Source of the DNA: Stegostoma tigrinum
Lineage: Eukaryota
Length of the DNA stretch: 64,000 bases
NCBI RefSeq assembly: GCF_030684315.1
Contig: NC_081359.1
Coordinates: forward strand, 16,316,184-16,380,183
Direction: 5' to 3'
Each line of letters begins with the position of its first letter. The first letter of the stretch is position 1. Shown piece by piece: positions 13,834 to 28,134 of the stretch. A program made the position numbers and the translations under genes. The notes beneath the pieces are model-generated. The model did no database searches, was not told the DNA's origin, and worked only from the letters and a program-made list of their open reading frames with translations.

Positions 13834-13979
13834 CTGTCAAGGTGCCTAAAAATCATGTGTTTCCATAAGGCCTCTGCTCATGCTTCTAAACTTGAATAAG
13901 TACAGTTCTAGTCTACTCAACCATTCCTCATAAAACCCGTCCATACCCGGGTCCAACCTGGTGAACCTTCTCTGGACTG
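13834..13979 (+). repeat. Local direct duplicate of 12656-12950 lacking the hairpin insertion
   Basis: ctgtcaaggtgcctaaaa..tcatgtgtttccataaggcctctgctca...ccatacccgggtccaacctggtgaaccttctctggactg carries a single copy of the target site. Confidence 0.85.
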
Positions 13980-14729
13980 AGCTACCAAGCCTGAACTACC
14001 ACAGCCAGTACAGGGACTGACTGCACAGCAGTAGTATTGTGAAATGTCACACTGCAGCCATCAGGACAACTGAGCTAACTGACCCCCACAGCCCATAGGC
14101 AACTACCCTGTCAATGCAATTACCAGGTGGCAAATCTGTTGAAAGCATTTTGAGATATCCTGCAGATGGAGCCTGCAAAAAGCCTCGTCTGCTATTCATA
14201 AATTCCTTCACTCTGTTCCCGGCACTGAGTACGTATTGAGGCCAATCCTTTTTTATGTGTCAGGGCATTAACACTGTGGAACAATTGCTCAACCTACTTC
14301 GCTTATTCCACGAAAAGGGATTTTACCATGTAGTGTGAGGCCATTCAGCCCATTGTGTCTGTAGTAGCACTGTGAAATAGTCACCTAGTTAGTCCCATTT
14401 TCCTCACTTCTTTGCCCATAAGCCTTTTTTATTATGTTTTTAAATATTTACCTATCTTGCTTTTCAAATGTTGAAATGACTTCCACTGCCTTTTCAGAAT
14501 GCATACTCCAGATAAGAACAACTTGCTGTGTTTAAAAAAAAACAAAATTCTCCTCGTGTCTCCCTCTCATCCTTAATTGGAATTAAGGACCTATGTCCTC
14601 TGGTTACCACTCCTTTGTCACTGGAAACTTTTTTTTAAATTTACTCTATTAGAGCTCCTCATTGTTTTGGATGTCTCCATTAATTCTCAGCTAGAAGAAG
14701 AGCAATCCAGCTTCTTCAGCTCATAAAGC

Positions 14730-14975
14730 CCCTGAAGTGTGGAAGCAGGCCATTCAGGCCCTCCAAAGAGCATCCCACCAGACCCTATCCCTGTAACCCT
14801 GCATTTCTCATGGCTATTCCTCTTAGCCGACACATCCCTGGTCACTAGGGGTGATCCATGCAGACATGGGGAGAATGTGCAAACTGCACACAGACAGCCA
14901 CCCAAGGCTGGAGTTGAACTGGATCGTTGCCGCCGTGAGGCCTTAGACCTAACCGCTGAGCCACCGTGATGTCCA
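14730..14975 (-). mobile_element. HE1-type V-SINE (internally deleted)
   Basis: catggggagaatgtgcaaactgcacacagacag and ctaaccgctgagccaccgtg are the antisense V-domain and head. Confidence 0.85.
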
Positions 14976-15052
14976 AGCTACCACTGAAATAACTTCTACT
15001 GTCCTTTCAGACAGCACATCTAGACATTACACTTTCCAGATACTACATATAA

Positions 15053-15289
<237 letters not shown>

Positions 15290-16389
15290 TGACTGCAATT
15301 CCTGTTTAACAAATATGCAGTTCCTCTCAAATTAGGATTTTTGGAATAAAGTCTGCTACAAGCAACAACAGTTTGCATTTATTTCGTAACTTTAACAAAG
15401 CGAAACATCCCAAGATGCTTCACAGGAATGATTATGAAAGAAAATTTGGCACAGAACCACAGAAGGATCTATGAAGACAGGTGGTTAAAAGCTTGGGTCA
15501 AAAGTGTCCAGGAGGGACTTAAAGAAGGAAAGAGCAAAGTGGAGGGGCTTGAACGAAATCTGTGCTTGAAACATGCAGTAAGGCAAACAAATAATGTCTA
15601 TACCGTTGTGTTAGGTAAATAGTTTGAAACCAGTAGGAATGTATGTTGTGTAAATTTCTCCTCTGGGAGGAAATTTTGCTCTGTGAATTTCTCCAGATTG
15701 CTTCTCAGTACTCTCCCTGATCGCCAGTGGGAGTTGGGTCCTTGAAGAATGAACTGAATACTGCTAGTTTTTTGCTTTGATGAATAGAATTGTATAGCAC
15801 AAAAGGATGCCATTGGACCACCGTGTCTGTTCCAGCTCTGTGATCGAACTCACCAATTCATGTCTCCCTGCTTTTTCCCATATGGTGAAGCCCTGCAATG
15901 TTTCTCTTTAGCGAATAATTATCCAATTGTCTTTTGAATGTTCCATTTGAAATCTCCTTCTATCACCTCACCAGGCAGCCCATTCCAAATGACAACAGGC
16001 TCGAAGGAAGTGCTTTTTGTATCAATAAGTAGGTGGATTCAGGAAAATCCTCACTTTTAACAACTTGCTGTTAGTATGTTGTCCACCTGAATTTTTTTTC
16101 CTTTTTTTTTGATTTTAGGAATGTCATCCACTATCACCGGTTTTCCAATCTTTCCACAAGTGAACCTCCAGTGCTTTTAGGTTTGTAATACTTTTTTCAG
16201 GGCAGACATTTTAATACTATACCAAATACTATACAACACATCAAGTGGCCATTTGGCCCAGCTGGTCCCTGTCAGAATTCTGTACTTCAGATAAGCCTCT
16301 TGTACCACTGTTCATCTCACCCTATCAGCAAATTCATCCCTTTATTTTTCTTTCATGTTTATCCAGCTTTCCCTTAAATAGTTATATGT

Positions 16390-19300
16390 TATTCACATGA
16401 ATGTATGATTTAGGATCAGGATTAGGTTATTTTGTCCATTTGAGCTTGTACTACCAGTCAGCTGATCTGATTACTGCCAATCCTCCACATTCTGGCCTAC
16501 CACTGCTAATCTTCAGCTCCTTTGTAATTGAGAAGCTATCTATCTCTGCTTTGAAAATGTGCAGTGAATCTGGGACTATCACCCTCTGAATGAGAGACTT
16601 TCACTGACTCACTGGCCCACTGAGAGAAAAATGTCTCCTCATTTCTGCCTTAAATGAGAGGTACTTAATTTTTAAACCATGCTGCCTAGCTCCAGCTTCT
16701 CTGATAAGGGGAAACACCCTTTCTATCCACCTGGTTAAATCTCCTCAGGATCTTCTGTTTCGGTAAGATGATTAATCATGCTTTTAAACTCCAATGGATA
16801 TGGATCCAAAGTGTTCAGCCTTTCCTCCTATCATAATCCCTACCTCATCGCAATTGTCAATCAAGTGAACCTTTTCGAGATTGTTTCTAACAGATTTCTA
16901 TTCTTTCTTAAAGAGGAGACCAAAATTACACATGGTATACCAGATGTGATCTCCTAATGCTCTGTACAATTGTAGCAAAACTTTCCTACTTTTACATTTC
17001 ATTCCCCTTGAAATAAATGACAATTGCCTTCCTAATCACTTGCTGTACTTGCATCCTAACTTATGATTCCTGTGCCAGGATGCCCAATATAATGCTTTTC
17101 ATCCTACCAAAGTGGCCACGTTTGCACTTTCCCGTATTATACACCATCTGTCACACTTTTTCCCACCCACTTAAACTACTTGTATCACTTTGCAGACTGT
17201 TATGCCTTCTTCTAAACCTACTCTTCTTAACAATCTTTGTGCCATCAGCAAATTTATTTAGTGTACATTCAGTCCCTTCATTCAAGTTATTGACGTGATT
17301 TGTAAATATTTGAGGTCCCAATACTAATCCTTAGGGCAGTTTATTTGTCACATCACAACTTGAAAATGACTGATTTATACCTACTCTGTCTCTTGTTCAC
17401 TAACCAGACCTCTGTCTGTCTGTGCTAGCACTCTCTATTCATCCATTTTCTACAGTAACCTTTGATGTGACATCTTGGCAAGACCCTCTGGAAATCTACG
17501 TATAGCACATCCACAGGTTCCCAGTTATCCACATTGTTAGTTGCTTCTGCAAAGATCTCCAATAAATAAGTCAAGCATGATTTGCCTTTCCCAAAACCCA
17601 GGTTAACTCTGGATTGCATTAATGTTTTCGAAGTGCATTACTCTAATCACCTTGGCAATTTTTAGTGTTTTCCTGCTGTTAAGCTAAAAGACCTATAGTT
17701 GCATGCTTTCTATCTTTCTCCTTTCTTGAATACAGTGCTTCATTCATCAATTTGCAATCTAATGGGACCATTCTAAAAATCAGGGTATTTTGGAAAATTA
17801 AAGCCAATGTATTCATGATCTCCACCAACACCATAAAACACTAAGATGAAGTCCTTCAGAACCTGGGGACTTGTCAGAATTTAGTTCCAGTAATTTCCTT
17901 AGTACACTTTTTCTGGTGATTGTAATTATTTTAAGCTCCTTTCCCTTCATCATCCCCTAGACCCCTCCTCCTCAATTCATGATTAATTCTGCAATGTTAT
18001 TTGTTTCCTTTGGAAAGAAGACAGTGATAAGACATCTGTTAAATTCATCTGCTATTTTCTTATATTCTATTATTAATTACTTAGATACATTCTCTGGAGG
18101 ATGAACAGTAACTTGTTTTCTTAGATATATCACACCTCACTGGGTAGTTGGAAATCAAGCCCACTGTTCTCAGAATCAGCACATTGGTTAAAGATTTTAT
18201 AAAAATACACAAAGTTGCCCAATTTGCATATCATTTTGGACCAGTGTTAATAGAAAATCCAGCCCAGGTTTCCATACTTAGTAGAGATTACTATTTATTA
18301 TAAATAAAAAGATTCTAGCTACATGTAAGGAACTAAACTGTACTAGTTAAAACTCTAACCCTGTTATAAAACTCCTCCTACATGCACAGACAGGCAAAAC
18401 AAAATTGATGTTGCGGATGAAGGGCAAGATTAGGAAGGCAGATCAATGGTCCATACCCACAGGATTCACTGAGATGAAGCCTTAATTTATCAGGACTAGC
18501 TATTCATTGATCTCTCTCTTCCAGGTACTTTTCATTTGCAGTGTACCTGCATAATCACAAGATATCATAATCACAGTGCAACTGATGCACAACGCATAAA
18601 ATCTCTGACTTATTGGTCAAACGCAACAGCTTACTGCAACTAATGTGGGAAAATGAACAGGCTTTCTTCAGGCTTTAGGTATTGTTTACTGTCAAGAGAA
18701 AGACACACTCCCCCTTCCAAAGATCCAAAGGCTTCTGAACATATTGTTCAAACTCCCAAGCCATTCATGTCTTGGAGTGAATCACATAGTTGTTGATAGC
18801 AGAAGGCCTTTACTATTGACAACTGATCACCAAGCCACAGACCATTGAGTGACTTGTTGCCAGCAGAATCTCCCTCACACGCGCCCCCAATTACAGCCCA
18901 TTTGCAGAAACCATGCCCCTCCCCCACTGCTTGAACAAGCAATAATGTAAACAGCAATAACTATGAGTAACCAGATTTTAAGAAATGCAGCAATCCCCTC
19001 CACAATCCTTGGCTCTTACAACAGTCCTTTTCTATTTTAATCCACGATCAAAAATGCAGAAAGTTATAGATGTATATTCTTTACAAATAGCTGTACAAAC
19101 TCTTACTATCATTTTTTAAAATTTCCAGCTAGTTTTCTCTTCTACTGTACTTTATTCATTCCCATTAACCTTTGTAGTCATCCTTTACTGTTCTTTATAT
19201 TCTGCCAAATCTTCTGGCCTTTAAGACATCTCTGCAGAATTATATACTCTTTTATTCAGTTTGACGTTACTGTCTTTTACTTTTTTATTAAGCTACAGAT

Positions 19301-20100
19301 ACAATGTCTTAAACTCTTTCTTAATCACTGGAATGTATCTTCTGATATTCTGAAGTAGCTTCTTAAATGTCTGCTGCTGCATCTCAAACTTATTCCTTAG
19401 CCTACTTTCCTGGTTCACTTTAGCCAGTTTATACATTATGCCCTAATATTTGTCTTAAATTTAAACACTAGTCTTAAATTAACTTTTCCTTCCCTCAACC
19501 CAAAGATGAAATTCTCCATCAAGTTGTGATCACTGCTATTGAGCACTACACATGCTCTGAGTTCATTGCTGAGTCTTGTCTCATTCCACCTATCAGATCT
19601 AGAACAGTTGATTTTAAGAATATGCTGTTCTATAAAACTGATTTGACACCCAACCCTGAATTCCTCATCCAGGCCACCTTTGCTGTTCTGATTAGTCAAA
19701 ATTTTGTGTGTAAATTTGAGGTACCCATAACGATCACTGTGTCTTTCTCACAGGCCCTCATTATTTCTTCTTGTGTACCCCATCTATAAACCACATCCAT
19801 GAATACTCAACTTTTACTCTTATTCACCTCTTCGCAAATTGAATCTATGCATTGACCCCTAGAACCGAGGCCTAGAACTGTAGCAATGTCAGCTTTAATT
19901 AGAATTATCTCTCCACCTTTACCTAGCTTTTTGTCTTTCTCGAATACCATTTACCCTTGAATTATCAGGTCCACACACTTGTCATCTTGCAGCCATGACC
20001 CTAGAATGGCCATCAGATCCTATATATTTCTTTCTGTTTCTGCTGTCAGTTCATCTGCTGTGGTATCAATGCTTACATGCATTCAGATACAGAGCTTTTT
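16390..20100 (-). mobile_element. Long decayed CR1 LINE (ORF2 RT region), interrupted at about 18128-19020
   Basis: ORF 17425..17619 GFGKGKSCLTYLLEIF..VDVLYVDFQR matches the CR1 RT motif GF.KGKSCLTNL..F..VDVVY.DFQKAFD. Confidence 0.8.
18128..19020. mobile_element. Unclassified ~0.9 kb insertion, possibly a solo LTR
   Basis: Interrupts the CR1; begins tatcacacc (TG-like), ends cttaca, and contains tttattataaataaa. No clear TSD found. Confidence 0.35.
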
Positions 20101-21549
20101 ATTGTATTCGTTTCAACCAATTTTTGAGTAGGAAGTTCCACACTATTACCACTCTATGGGTAAAGAGAGCTCCCAGCCAGATTTATTAGTGTCTGTTTTA
20201 TGTTGATAGCCAAGAGTTTTGATATCCATGTGGAACTATCATCTCAATCTCTGCTTTATCAAAATACGGGTGCAGCATTGAGCAGACTGAGATGTGAGTT
20301 GCATTACATTTATCAAATGGAAACTTTCCACTGACATTGTTGGTTTAATTACAATAATGAGACACGGCTGGCAGGGGATGTTGAGGTAATATGAAGCCAA
20401 GCATATCAGCAAGGTCAAGAATAGAATAAAATGTATGTTGATGTTATGAAAGAATATTTTTCAAGGCATCTTCATTATTATATTCATTTGGATAGCTTTG
20501 GATTCTGAAAAATAGCCTGTGGTTACTTTTGCACAAGACAGTATGAATCTATCTAATTTATTCTTGTAAATGTAATTGTGCTGATGCAATTACACTCTGT
20601 CAGTTTATGTTGCAGTTCTATAAATTTAATCAACTTCAAAAAGAAAATCTTAAAAATAATTCTAAATAGGTGATTTGCTTTGATCTTCACTGTGTTCGCC
20701 ATCTATTCAATGCCCTCTCAATTTTACCTTAAGATATTGCCGTCACTGCCTGTTCAGTAAAGTATTCAAATGCAATAACCTTAGTCAGTCCTCACACTGG
20801 AGTTGCTGTCTGAGCCACTGCCTGTTTCCTGTATTTTCGGCTTTTAGTTCAGATCTCCAGCTCTTGCAAAGTTTTTTCTTAAATGCTAACAATAAAAGTT
20901 CATGCATTTCCTGTGCTAATTTGTTAACTGAAACAAGTATACCCAATGTCAACAATGATAAATTGAAAGTCTTCAGATTGAACCGAATTTACAGCAAAGA
21001 AAGGGTTGAATCGGCTCTTGTTGTTTACTCTTCACGCGTGCCCTCTTCCATCCACTTTATCTCACATACCTCGAGCAAATGCTTCTATTCCTTTCTCCAT
21101 TGTGTCTTGATCTCGATTCCCCATAAGTTTGACTAAGATATTCACTTTAATCATTCGGTGTGGTTGCAAGTTCCACATTATCACCACTCACAGAATCAAA
21201 GAATTGCTACATTGCATGAGGCCAGTCAGCCCCTTGTTTCTGCACTGGCTATCTGACTGAGCATTATGATTTTGTATCATTCTCTTGCCTTCCTGCTACA
21301 ATATTGCTTCTGTTCAAGTAATCATCATCTTATACCCTCTTGAATGCTCCAATTGAACCTGCCTCCTCTATACTCCCATCAGTGTATTCCAGTTCTGGTA
21401 TCCCTCACAAATGGAAGCACCATTTTCTCTATAAGAAGCCTGTTAACTCCTTTGTAGTTTTAAAGATCTCTGTCAGGTAATCTCCTCAATCTTCTCTTTT
21501 CCAGTCTGTTCAGTCTTTCTTTATAGTTATAACCTGTAAGTTCTTGAAT

Positions 21550-22290
21550 GTCATGACATTTTAAGCCCGCATCCAGGTATGTTTTAAAGGTTGTGAAGCT
21601 TCCCACCTCAATTACCGTCCAAGGCAGTGCATTCCAGATTCCCACCACCCTCAGGATATGAAGAAAATGTCCTCAAATCCCCTCTAAACCTCCTGCCGTT
21701 CACCGCAAACGTTTTCTCCTTTGTTATTGACCCTTCCGCCAAGAGGAACAGCTGTTTTCGGTCCACTCTATCCATGCCCTCCATAATCTTATGCCCTTCA
21801 ATCAGGACCCCTGTCCGATTTCTCTGCGCCATAGAGAGAAACCCAAATTTACCCAGCCTCTCTCCATAGCTAAACAGTGTTACCCCAAACAACTGCCCCA
21901 ATGTAACCTCCCTGCTCATATGCTCTATACCACAGCTGATAAAGACAAGTGTCCCTATGCCTTCTTAACTACCCTTTGACCTGTCCTGACACCTTCAGGA
22001 AAGTATAGACAAGCACTCCAAAATCCCTCTGCTCTTCTAAGCTTCCTAATCTCCTGCCATTGATTGAGTTTTCACTTGCCATGTTATTTCTTCCAAAATG
22101 CACCACTTCACACATATCAGTATTATATTCCATCTACCCACTTAACCAATCTGCCTGTAGCCTCCTGTAAATCCAAATCTTCTTCCTCACTGTCAACCAC
22201 CTGTCAGTCTTTGCGTCATCCACATATATCTTATCATCCTCCCCCATATTTGCTTCTATATCATTTATATATGTGTCACAAACAATTAGG
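21550..22290 (-). mobile_element. CR1 LINE 3' fragment
   Basis: ORFs 21608..21919 (SYGERLGKFGFLSM..LIEGHKIMEGMDRVDRKQLF) and 21460..21648 (VGIWNALP..FKTYLD). Confidence 0.85.
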
Positions 22291-24213
22291 GACGCACCTG
22301 GTTATGTTTGGTATACTTGAAAAGCGTGGCAAAGCAGGACTGTTCCCCTTTGGTAGATTAATGGGAGGTTTAATAGAGTTGCTCTAAATTAGGCCAGTTT
22401 TGATGGAGCAAATCTGAAGAAATGCTTTGTGTGAACAGCAGGGTCAGTAACCAGAGGGTCACAGATTTGAGGTGATCTGCAGAAGAATCTGTGGGGTGAT
22501 GGGAATTTATTTATCTCAATGAATTGTCATGATCTGGAACGTGCTGCTTAAAAAGGCAGTGGAAGCAGATTAAATAGGAATTTCAAAAGAGAATTGCATA
22601 AATATTCAAGAAGAAAACACTTGCGGGGGTATGGGAAAAGAGCAGGGGGAGTAGGGCTAACTGTTCAGCTCTCTCAGAGATCCAGAACAGGCTCAATGGG
22701 TCTGAATGGCTCCCTTCTGTATTGTATCAGTGTAAGGTTAGGGTAAAACACTCCAGGAGTTCTCCCAGGTACCTGACTACAATCAGTTGTTTTCTCGGAA
22801 TCAATGCATTTGGTTCACTGTTCCAAATGACTTGCTGACCAGTTTGAAAACAGTAATCTTCACAGATCTGACCCAGACCAATCTGCCTCTGTTTTATAAT
22901 CCAAATCCCAAAAATAACACTTTCCCTCACAATGTAAATGGATAAAATAAGAATATGAAAGAAATGTTGCATGAAACTTATGCTCTGTGTTCCAGGCCAC
23001 TGAAAAATGCCTAAAGCATAAGAATTAATCATATTCAATTACATCTTACAAAGAACTGAATATGGCATGACCGAATCTAAAGGCTGAGCAAAAACAATTG
23101 GGTTCCCAGTTATAACCAGAATAAAAACAATCTACAGAGCAAGATGCTTGATGTTGTTCTGATGACTTGATGACAGCCTCCCCATAAAAAAAATGTGAGA
23201 GTTACTTGTATTCCCATAGAATCTTTCATGACCTAGGATGTTCCAATTAAAGATGTTTTTTGAAGTTGCATCACACAACATACATGTAATGCATGAAGTA
23301 TTGCAGCCAATTTACATACTGCAAGCTCTCTCAGACAAAGATATGATGGTGATCAAATAAGCTGTTTGTGATGTTAATTGAAGTATACACATATGAGCCA
23401 GGGCACTAGGAAGAATTCCTCTGCAGTTCTTTGAAGTAATGGCCATACAATGTTTTCTCAAAGGCAAATCATGCAGATGAGATACTTGCCCCAATCAGTC
23501 AAGGCATTGAATACAGGAACAAGGAGGTTATCATAAGCTGTTAATTCAGCCACAGCCGGATTTCTGTGTGCAGTTCTGGTCACCGCACTATCAGACAGAT
23601 GTGATTGCACTGGAGACGATGCAGAGGAGATTCACCAGGATATCGCAATTCAGCTGTCAAGAGAGACTGGCTAGGCGAGGATTATTTTCCTTAAAGCAGA
23701 GAAGGCTCAGAAGGTACATGATTGAGATGTGAAATGTTCTGGGGGATATTGACAGGGTAAATAGGGAGAAGCTTCTCCCCTCAGCAGAGAGGTCAATAAC
23801 CAGGGGGCACAGTTTTAATGGGCATTTGAGGGAAATGGTTTTCACCCAGAAGATGGGGGTTGTCTGGAGCTCGCTGCCTGAAAGGGTATTAGAGATGGGA
23901 ACTCTGTGCTTGGCTGCAGGCCAGTACTGGAAAATGGGTTAGACTAGAAAGATGCTTAATGGCCAGTCTGGACACAACGAACAGAAGGGCCTTTTTGCAT
24001 TGCTGTAAAATCCTTGACTCTGTGACTCAGCTGGAGGGCTATTTAACAATCTGCACAGACCATGGACAAGTCTGCTCCTTTAAGGTACTGCCCCCGCATG
24101 CCCAAGTAAATACATTGAAAGAGGCCACTGGTAAAAGTGGAGGCAGCCTGCTGACACTGTTCGATGGTTACAGTTGCTGAGAACCTCTTTCACAGTTGGC
24201 TGCCCACTCCTAT

Positions 24214-24518
24214 GGGCAGCATGGTGGCTCAGTGACTAGCACTGCTGTCTCACAGCAACAGAGATCTGGGTTCGATTCGAGCCTCAGGTGACTGTCAATG
24301 TGGAGGTTGGACATTCTTCTTTTGTCTGCGTGGCTTTCTTCAGGGTGCTCCAGTGACCTCCCACAGTCCAAAGATGTGCAGGTTAGGTGGATTGGCCGTG
24401 GTGTAAATCCCCATGTGGGGATAGAGTGGGAGGTTGGGTCCAGGTAGAACCACTTTGGAGGGTCAGTGCACAACTGATGGACCGAATGGCCTCTTTCTAC
24501 ACTGTAGAAATTCGATGA
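24214..24518 (+). mobile_element. HE1-type V-SINE
   Basis: ggcagcatggtggctcagtgactagcactgctgtctcacagc..gggttcgattc, followed by the V-domain and tail. Confidence 0.9.
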
Positions 24519-27500
24519 TTCCTCAGCCTGACCTTAAAAAGGGAAACGAGGTCTCCAGCAGCAGGGCAGTCCTGGAATGTCAAGGGATGAATTCCTTGGA
24601 TGCCTCGCTGACACTCCACCCTTCCTGTTTTTGTCGATTCAAGCATCCCCAATTTCCAAAGAGGAAGGAACACTCAGTGGGAGGTCAGGATGCCTTGCCT
24701 TAATCTCAACTTGTCATTGTAGAGCTGTGCGCCCACAACTGGAGCAAGAGAGTGGAGGCCTGAGTGCATATCCAGGAGCCACTGAGCATTCTGCTGGGGC
24801 TGACACCCCAAGCCCATTGCTGCCCATTCTGTGCTGTTCTAATGTGAGCGCCGCAATAGAACTTGAACAATTGCTACCAACTTCTGCTATAGCCTGCGCG
24901 TGGCCTTTGGCAGCTCAGCCCGATGTTCCACTCCCTCTCTCTGCATCTCCAACTGGTCTCTTCTGGCCACATTCAAAAGCTGCACGGGGCTGAGCAAGCG
25001 CCTGGCCTATAGCAGCCCAGCTCAGGGTCAGGTTGTTAGCCTTTGGTCCTGAGCCTAATCTAAACCATATACCCACCAAGGCGATTCTGTATGTGTGCTG
25101 GTGGAGGGTGAAGGGATTGCTGCAATAGTACATCCTGAAGATCGGAAGGCATCACCCTTGGAGGCGGTGAAGATTGCGAAGGGTATGGGAAGATGAAGGG
25201 TGAGGCTCTCCTCCTTAGTCTCATGAGTATCTAGAGGGGGGAAGGGAAAGGGCTATTTGATTATTTATACAATAGAGCGCACACACCTCTCTCTCACTCT
25301 CTCAGTACTCCTTATACCAGCAGACTAAAGTCTTCCTCGCCGGCTTCCTCTGAGAGACCTATCTGGCCTTCCAGGCAGGCCCAGTTACCATTGTTTTTCC
25401 CAGTGGAGCGGCCACCACCTCCAAAGAGTGAAACTATGAAGATCTGGGTCACTCCCTCCTCTTATGGGTGATCTTATCCTCAAAGCAGAGAAGGCAAAGA
25501 AACAATTGTTATTACCCTACCGGTGTCTCCTCAGCAGTGACCTGCTGGTGCCACCTACCTTTGCAAGATCCTCAGGAGAGCATTCCCTATGTATGAGACA
25601 GGTTATTCTTTGGGCCTATGCGTGCAGGCCTCGGAGTTACCCCTCTCCAGGCTGCCTTGGTTTGCTAGGAGGCCATTACTGGGAAAAGCCTATCCAAGAC
25701 AGTTTGCAGTGAAGCCTTGCTGACTGTGGGACCATTCTGTTTATTTCTTAAATTGATTTACGGGATGTAGGTGTCAGTGGCTGGGCCAGAATGTGGTGCC
25801 TGTCTATAGTTCTGCCAGAGAAGATGGTAGTGAGCTGGGGAGAGAGTTCCAGTATTCTGACCCAATGAAACTGAAGGGTCAATGATATAATTTCATTTTA
25901 GGATGTGAGTGACCTGAAGGGGAGTTTGCAGGTGGTGATGTTTCCCATTAATCTGCCACCCTTGCTCTTTCAGATGGAAATGGTCAGAAGGTTTGGAAGG
26001 TGCTTTCTAAGGAGTCTTGGGAGTTTCAACCATGTATCTAATAGATGGTACACCGTGCTACTGCTGAGTGCTGGTTGTAGAGGGATTGAGTGTTTGAGGA
26101 CATGGTGCCAGTCAAGTTCAATGCATTGTATTGGCTGGTGCAAAGCTTCTCAAGTGCTGTGGGAGGTGGGCCATCCAAGCAAGTGGGGAACATTCCGTCT
26201 GTCTGTACCTTGTTGATGGTGGACGGGCTTTGGAGAGTCAGGAGATGCAGGATTTCTAGCCTCTGACCTGTGTTTTAGCCACATAGATATTGTGGAGGTA
26301 TCCAGTTCAGTTTCTGGTCAATGGTAACCCCCAGGATGATGAAAGCGGGAGATTCAGCGATGGTGACGCCATTGAGTATCAAGGGGCATTGAATGCTCAA
26401 ATGTTTAAACCAATTCCTTTTTGAAAGTTGCTTTTCAATCTCCTCATCTTCCCTCCCCCCCAACCATTTTCCGCACCACCTCACGCCCCCAACCACCACT
26501 TAGGCAGCGCGTTCCAGATCAGAACCAAAAGAATATATGGCTTTCTTATCCCTAGCAAACGGAACAGTCTTTCTCACTCAAAGAATAAGTGTTGTTGATA
26601 TTGTTTATTTATGATCAATAGTGATTTTACTTCAGAGTGTCTCTCAGTGATGTTATGTTTATTAACGTGAGTAACAGTAGTTTATCACTGTTGATTCTCT
26701 GGAAATGTAATATAGTTTACAGCCTCAGTTCAAGTTTTCAACCCTACATTTCCTCAAACTTGCTCATTAACAGTGTAAATGAAGTAGAATGAATGCTTGT
26801 TTATTTCCTGTGTAAACACCCGCTTGCAGTAAGGATTAATTCGGCAATATTAAAATCTGTTCTTCAATAATAAGTCAATAACTCATAGAACAGGAACATA
26901 AAATCCTGATGTAGTGGCAGTGATACAGAATATCTCAGCTCATTGATCTGCAAAAAAAATATAGTTTGGTCCTTTTTCATAAATTGTATTTGTCTATCAA
27001 TGAATTTTTATTACTACATGTTAAGTAGCATTAGAGAAACAGAAATCTTTTGAACTGAATATCCCAAAAGTTATTACTCTAAAAGCCAGGAGAGGCAGAA
27101 TGATTAATTGAGACTTGAGTCAGTGGGTGCGTAAACTACTCTGTGTGTTGAGTTGTGCTATAATTTTTGGATGATAGGTAAAGTATTATATTAGGGTGTC
27201 CAGCTGCCTTTGTTGGCCTCCTGAGTAGTCCCCCAAGGCAGTTCTTCATTGATTAGTTGTCATGATGTGTTCCATGATCTGGAAATGATAGCTACAATCT
27301 CACTTTAGCTTGTCCCTCACCTTCCTCATTGGAAGCAATCCGGTATATCATTTATATCCTGTGCGGATTGGTCGAGCACTGTCCATCATTGTCAGGGGTG
27401 GTCGAAGCCAGTGACCTCTGTTGGCTCAGCAACGTGACAAAGATTCTTTCTATGGTATTGTCCCACAAGCCTTCCCATTTGTGTTCAAATTCCTTGGTTG

Positions 27501-27893
27501 GCCACAATGGCATAAGTGTTTACCTTTCTCCATTTTTTTGTTTCGCTGTGAGGCACAAGGAGCCAATCTGCAAATTTTCCTTGAGCCGCAAGAAGTAGCA
27601 AATGTATTAATGATTAAACTTGGGGAAAATCAGAAAAATGCAGCAATCATGCATGCAGTCACTTTGGTGCACAAATGCATACGGGGATGGAACTAAAGAT
27701 AAATGATGCCCAATATAAAGGATCATCCTTTGGTTGCCTTTGGGGAGTAAGGTTTGAACAATGTTGTTTGGCTGCTTCCTTGAGTACAGTCATTCTCAGT
27801 CCTGTGTGATTTTCTCTCTAGCTGTTTCTGTGGGAACCAGGTACCTGCTTATTTTACAGAGAGAAAATGGGGATAGCAGATGCTGTTGTAGAT

Positions 27894-28134
27894 CATAGAA
27901 TTCCTACAGAACGTAAGTAAGCCATTCAGCCCATTGTGTCCACACTGACCCTCTGAAGAGCTTCCCACCCAGACCAACACCCTACTTTATCCCTATAACC
28001 TTTGAATTCTCATGGATAACCCACCTAACCTGCACATTCTTGGACACTATGGGCAGTTTAGCCCGGTTAATCCAGCTAACCTTCACAGCTGGCACAATGA
28101 GGCAACTGTGCTAACCATAGAGTCACCGTGCCAC
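27894..28134 (-). mobile_element. HE1-type SINE (V-domain deleted)
   Basis: catagaattcctacag tail; ccacctaacctgcaca; gtgctaacc..caccgtgccacc head. Confidence 0.75.
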
